DNA from: an uncultured Thermoplasmatales archaeon
GTDB taxonomy: Archaea; Thermoplasmatota; E2; UBA202; DSCA01
DNA length: 64,000 nt
Assembly (NCBI GenBank): GCA_964514975.1
Contig: CAZESS010000002.1
Span: 96,059-160,058, forward strand
Reading direction: 5' to 3'
Both the position numbers and the translations under genes were made by a program. A model generated the notes under the pieces. That model worked only from the letters and a program-made list of their open reading frames with translations, did no database searches and was not told where the DNA came from. Positions 60,395-64,000 of this stretch are shown piece by piece. Position 1 is the first letter of the stretch; each line of letters opens with the position of its first letter.

Positions 60395-60907
60395 ATGAAT
60401 TTTGGACCAGGAATCAGAGTTGGCGCCCAAAATCTGTTTAATCAAGTCGCTAGGCTTGTAGAACATTGGATTCCCACGAAAAAGTATGGCCATGAAACAA
60501 AGTTTTCTAAAGAATTACAGCAATATCTCGATGAAAAATTGAATGAAAGCAGGGGAGGTGGACTAATGTTAGGGCAGCAAGAAGAACATGTAGTCAGTAG
60601 AGAGCATGGCTCTAGCAAAGCGGATGTAGCCGTGGACGGAGTAATAGGGATAGAGTTAAAGAGGAATTTAACAAATAGCCAGAACAAAAAATTAAGAGGA
60701 CAGATAGAAGATTACTTCGACCATTATAACTATGTCATCGTGTGTGCCTGCGGAATAGATGACATGAGTGGCTGGCGGAAACTTAAAAAGAAATACTCCC
60801 AGCCTAGTTTTGGATTATCCCGACAGATTGTTTTTGTTCACAAGAAAAAGGAAAATTATGGCAAAGAACCCCAGCAGGGGAGAGGGTATGGTAGTGGATT
60901 TTTCTGA
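60395..60907 (+). CDS. PD-(D/E)xK nuclease-like protein
   Basis: E..F..EL..YL, KADVAVDGVIGIELK, GQIEDY. Confidence 0.7.
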   Translation: MNFGPGIRVGAQNLFNQVARLVEHWIPTKKYGHETKFSKELQQYLDEKLNESRGGGLMLGQQEEHVVSREHGSSKADVAVDGVIGIELKRNLTNSQNKKLRGQIEDYFDHYNYVIVCACGIDDMSGWRKLKKKYSQPSFGLSRQIVFVHKKKENYGKEPQQGRGYGSGFF

Positions 60908-61137
60908 GTTAACTAGCCTTAACGGCAGATATTTTTGATTTTGCTTAATAGCCGAAACAGCCAATGTTAACATTCAGTTGGCTGGTCGTTAACAAGAGTT
61001 ATATCAAACAATGTTTTTAACAAGAAATCCTTTATGTTAAACCGTTTGCTGGCAGGCCATTTACAATTATAAATTTTTTGCTTGGTGGTCTCCTTTTCCC
61101 TCCCCCCTCACCCACTTAACAATCGACAAAGGTATAT

Positions 61138-61497
61138 ATGCCCGATGTTGATATGTTAGCTAATACCATGGACTCGGACATCACCGCCGGGCTGGCCGGC
61201 AAACGCCTCCTAGTGCTAGCCATATGCGCGGCGCTGCTGTACTGGACCCTAGAGGCAACCTTCGACGCCTTTGTGTTTTCCTCCGATAGCTTTCTCAGGC
61301 AACTGCTCAATCCATCACTACATGAGCTGTGGATGCGGTCGATCGCTATGGCATTCATCGCGGGGCTGGGCATCATCGCACAGGTATACGTCGGGAAGAC
61401 CGGGCGGCTCAACCGGGTGCTCAACGCCCTGCGCGGCGTCAACCCCGGAAGGGACTGGACGGCAGGCTTGACGGCGCCCAGACCGCGGAGCGGATAA
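61138..61497 (+). pseudogene. Truncated membrane sensor N-terminus
   Basis: Two TM helices, then RLNRVLNALRGVN resembling the GAF lead-in HLTKVFHAIRYVN at ~53900; ends soon after. Confidence 0.45.
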
Positions 61498-61899
61498 TGG
61501 CGGTGCACTCCGACGCGGTCATCTGGGGATACACCGCCTGGTATGGCACCGAATGGTCCGAGGAAATGAGCAATGCGGGCATCCAGAAAATCGTGCCGCG
61601 AACAACGTCCTTTCAGGCATTCGCCGGGCAGGTCGAACGGTATCTCAAGCAGCCGCGCCAGCAACCTTCATGACGTTGCCGTCCGGCAAGGAAAAAAAGG
61701 TATCTGATGAAAAGGCGGGAATGGGGGGAGGTTGGGAGGCAAAAAAATGAAATGGTTTTCATTTTTTTTTTGAACCCCATTCCCAGCATCCGATGAATAG
61801 CCAGGAAGTTATAAAAACGTTCCGGTGTCCGCATCGCGTGCGAGGCATGGATAAACCGCAAAGTATTTGGATGAACATGCCATTTACAGGCTGCACAAC

Positions 61900-62019
61900 G
61901 CGGGTGTAGTGTAGTTTGGTATCACATAGCCTTGCCAGGTAACCCTTTCAAAAAGCGTTACATCGCAAAGAAAGGGGCGCAAACAGGCTATTACCCGGGT
62001 TCAAATCCCGGCGCCCGCA
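61900..62019 (+). tRNA. tRNA-Gly: tRNA-Gly(GCC) with a 47-nt intron at 37/38 (61938-61984)
   Basis: GCGGGTG/CGCCCGC acceptor stem; TAGCC TT GCC A|intron|A GGCTA; CCGGG TTCAAAT CCCGG; BHB helix TTGC/GCAA. Confidence 0.93.
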
Positions 62020-62064
62020 TCTTTTTACTAGTAAACCTTTTATTGTAGGTGCTGTTATGGGGCT

Positions 62065-62616
62065 ATGAGCAAGAAGCAACACGATGGACAGGGTGGACAG
62101 GGGAAGACGGAGACCATCAAGCAGCGGGCCATCTACGTCTATCTGCCATCGCTGGAGATGACCGAGGAATGGAAGCAGCGTGCCAACAAGGCCGGTGTCT
62201 CCATCTCCAAATTTGTCGTGGAACATGTCGAGAATTCGTTGCGGGAGGATGACAGCGACTATACGCCAAGGGGCGAGCTCGTCGAACGTGTCAGGGAGCT
62301 GGAGCAGCACAACAAGGAACTCCAAAAAGACTACGACATCCTCCAAAAAGCCTATGAGCGGCTGGAAGACGAATTGAAGGGCTATCGGCAGCAGCCCTTT
62401 CAGGAGGACGGATACAAGGGACTCCGTCGGTATGACAAGGACCTCATCGACCTGTTCAAGCGGAGACAGTCGGTGAAGAGCGACCATTTGCTCGACCATC
62501 TCGATGTCAGCCCGCAGGACACCGATACCGTCAAGGCCATCCACCGGCAGATCGCGCAGCTGGAAGATTATGGCCTGTTGGAGCCGACAGGGGAGGGATG
62601 GCGATGGAACGGCTAA
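62065..62616 (+). CDS. RHH + coiled-coil + wHTH-like protein coupled to the integrase
   Basis: RAIYVYLPS...WKQRANKAGVSISKFV; heptad region; LEDYGLLEPTGEGWRW. Confidence 0.75.
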   Translation: MSKKQHDGQGGQGKTETIKQRAIYVYLPSLEMTEEWKQRANKAGVSISKFVVEHVENSLREDDSDYTPRGELVERVRELEQHNKELQKDYDILQKAYERLEDELKGYRQQPFQEDGYKGLRRYDKDLIDLFKRRQSVKSDHLLDHLDVSPQDTDTVKAIHRQIAQLEDYGLLEPTGEGWRWNG

Positions 62617-63539
62617 GCCATCAGCAGCTCAGCAAGCACTACCACAAGGACCTGGAGGCCATGAATCTTACCCATGAGACCATCCGCAACTATCATGGCA
62701 TGGTCACCATTTATCTTGACTATCTCGAACGCAATGGCGGCGAGGTCCTGGAGCCCGACCGCGAAACGTTGCTGTCGTTTATCCGGTATCTCCGTGAGGA
62801 GCGGGACAACTGCACGAAACGCGTGAAATACTATTTCACGGCACTCAACAGCTTCTACGATTATCTCGTCTACACCGACAAGACGGACCAGAATCCCGTT
62901 CCGGCTATCCGCAAGCGATATCTCAAGCAATACAAGAGCGATGACGGTCGGCAGGCACAGCGGATGCTGATCAGCGTTCCTGAGATGGCGGGCTATGTCA
63001 CCTCAATTATGAATCCCCGTGACCGCGCGATCGCGGTATTGCTGGCGAAGACAGGGATCCGACGTGGCGAGATGCTCGCCCTCAACATGGACGACATCGA
63101 CTGGGATATTCGGCGTGTGAGGCTGCATCCGACACGGAAGCGGAGCAACCTCCTTGTCTATTTTGACGATGAATGCGCCAGGGTGCTGCAGCGGTGGCTG
63201 CACCTCAGGAGCAAGCTTGATGGTGGCAGCCAGGCGATCTTCCTCAACCAGTACGGCGGCCGCTTGCATCGCAACGGCGTCTACAGGAGCATCGTGAAAT
63301 GGGCGAAAAAATATGGCATCTATGACACAAACTCCGATCGATTAGAGGATCATTTCTCGCCGCATTGTTTCCGTCACTGGTTCACCACGCATTTGTTCCG
63401 CGCGGGGATGTCCCGGGAGTATGTGGCGGAGCTTCGCGGTGACTCGCCCAAGGGCGCCATCGACCTCTACAACCACATCGACCACGAGGACCTGCGGAAG
63501 CAGTACCTGGCGCATATCCCCCAGCTCGGCCTGGAATGA
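62598..63539 (+). CDS. XerA-like tyrosine recombinase/integrase
   Basis: KTGIRRGE, RKRS, SPHCFRHWFTT, LRGD, DLYNH. Confidence 0.92.
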   Translation: MAMERLSHQQLSKHYHKDLEAMNLTHETIRNYHGMVTIYLDYLERNGGEVLEPDRETLLSFIRYLREERDNCTKRVKYYFTALNSFYDYLVYTDKTDQNPVPAIRKRYLKQYKSDDGRQAQRMLISVPEMAGYVTSIMNPRDRAIAVLLAKTGIRRGEMLALNMDDIDWDIRRVRLHPTRKRSNLLVYFDDECARVLQRWLHLRSKLDGGSQAIFLNQYGGRLHRNGVYRSIVKWAKKYGIYDTNSDRLEDHFSPHCFRHWFTTHLFRAGMSREYVAELRGDSPKGAIDLYNHIDHEDLRKQYLAHIPQLGLE

Positions 63540-63703
63540 AAGCCGCGGCTTATTTCGTGGTCGGTGGAATGAGCCCGATTATCGTTTTTTACTTAATTTA
63601 AATTTTTCGTTTACTGTATATAGTATCGGCTGCTATCACAATATCTGTGATGCGTGAGTAAATTAATCTTCAGTAAACTTATAAAGGGGTTGCGGTTTTA
63701 GAC

Positions 63704-63955
63704 TTGCAGGAGGGGACATACGCAAATGAGGAGAATAAAATGTGCTCTATACAACTACACGTTTGGCAGGAAGCAGTTGGGCCCCTTACAGAGGTCTCTC
63801 TCCAGAACGGACAGATTCAGGCTACCCTAGCTGAAGTCGGCATCGTGGTGCTGCCGTACCAAGACGACCATTATCAGAAGCTACTTGGGCTGAAAGGAAA
63901 GCGAGTTGCCATTTTGCGAACCAATGATGGCTATGCCGTGGGGGTGGCAGTCTGA
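63704..63955 (+). CDS. Hypothetical protein
   Basis: Short ORF downstream of a TTATAAA box at ~63679. Confidence 0.5.
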   Translation: MQEGTYANEENKMCSIQLHVWQEAVGPLTEVSLQNGQIQATLAEVGIVVLPYQDDHYQKLLGLKGKRVAILRTNDGYAVGVAV

Positions 63956-64000
63956 TACGATGACCGATGCAAAGGCAAAAAAGAAGGTTTCAATCGGTGC

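Larger units (their letters stand above)
56793..61084. mobile_element. ~4.3 kb integrative element bounded by imperfect direct repeats
   Basis: TTAACAATTATAAACCTTTTGCTCG (56793-56817) vs TTTACAATTATAAATTTTTTGCTTG (61060-61084); GC drop between them; integrase at the left edge. Confidence 0.75.
62020..64000. mobile_element. Left end of a probable tRNA-integrated element
   Basis: Integrase module directly after the tRNA-Gly 3' end; lower GC after 63540; far att site not in the window. Confidence 0.6.

Overview
GC-rich archaeal chromosome segment. Gene content (aIF-1A, Nop5, RadB, Rpo7/Spt4/S24e/S27ae, archaeal ThrRS, TrmY, Sec61beta, C25 peptidase, DUF63) fits Thermoplasmatota; that lineage call is inference. 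Most of the window is housekeeping plus peptide/amino-acid catabolism. Two intron-containing tRNAs lie outside the ORF track: tRNA-Asp(GTC) with two BHB introns, one in the T-loop, and tRNA-Gly(GCC). There are three accessory regions. (1) An AT-rich island at ~31.07-34.2 kb carries a coupled PUA/EVE-like-HNH nuclease + SPL-type radical SAM pair, a divergent wHTH regulator and a Fic gene bracketed by repeated palindromes. (2) A ~4.3 kb tyrosine-integrase element (56793-61084) is bounded by 25-bp direct repeats and has extreme A/C strand skew, a ~400-nt hairpin-packed non-coding segment, and wHTH/HEPN-like and PD-(D/E)xK cargo. (3) A second integrase module starts right after tRNA-Gly and runs off the window. 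Five single-base homopolymer frameshifts, an exact 222-bp duplication and a fused pair of 5'-truncated genes suggest sequencing or assembly noise. All family assignments come from reading motifs by eye, not from database searches.
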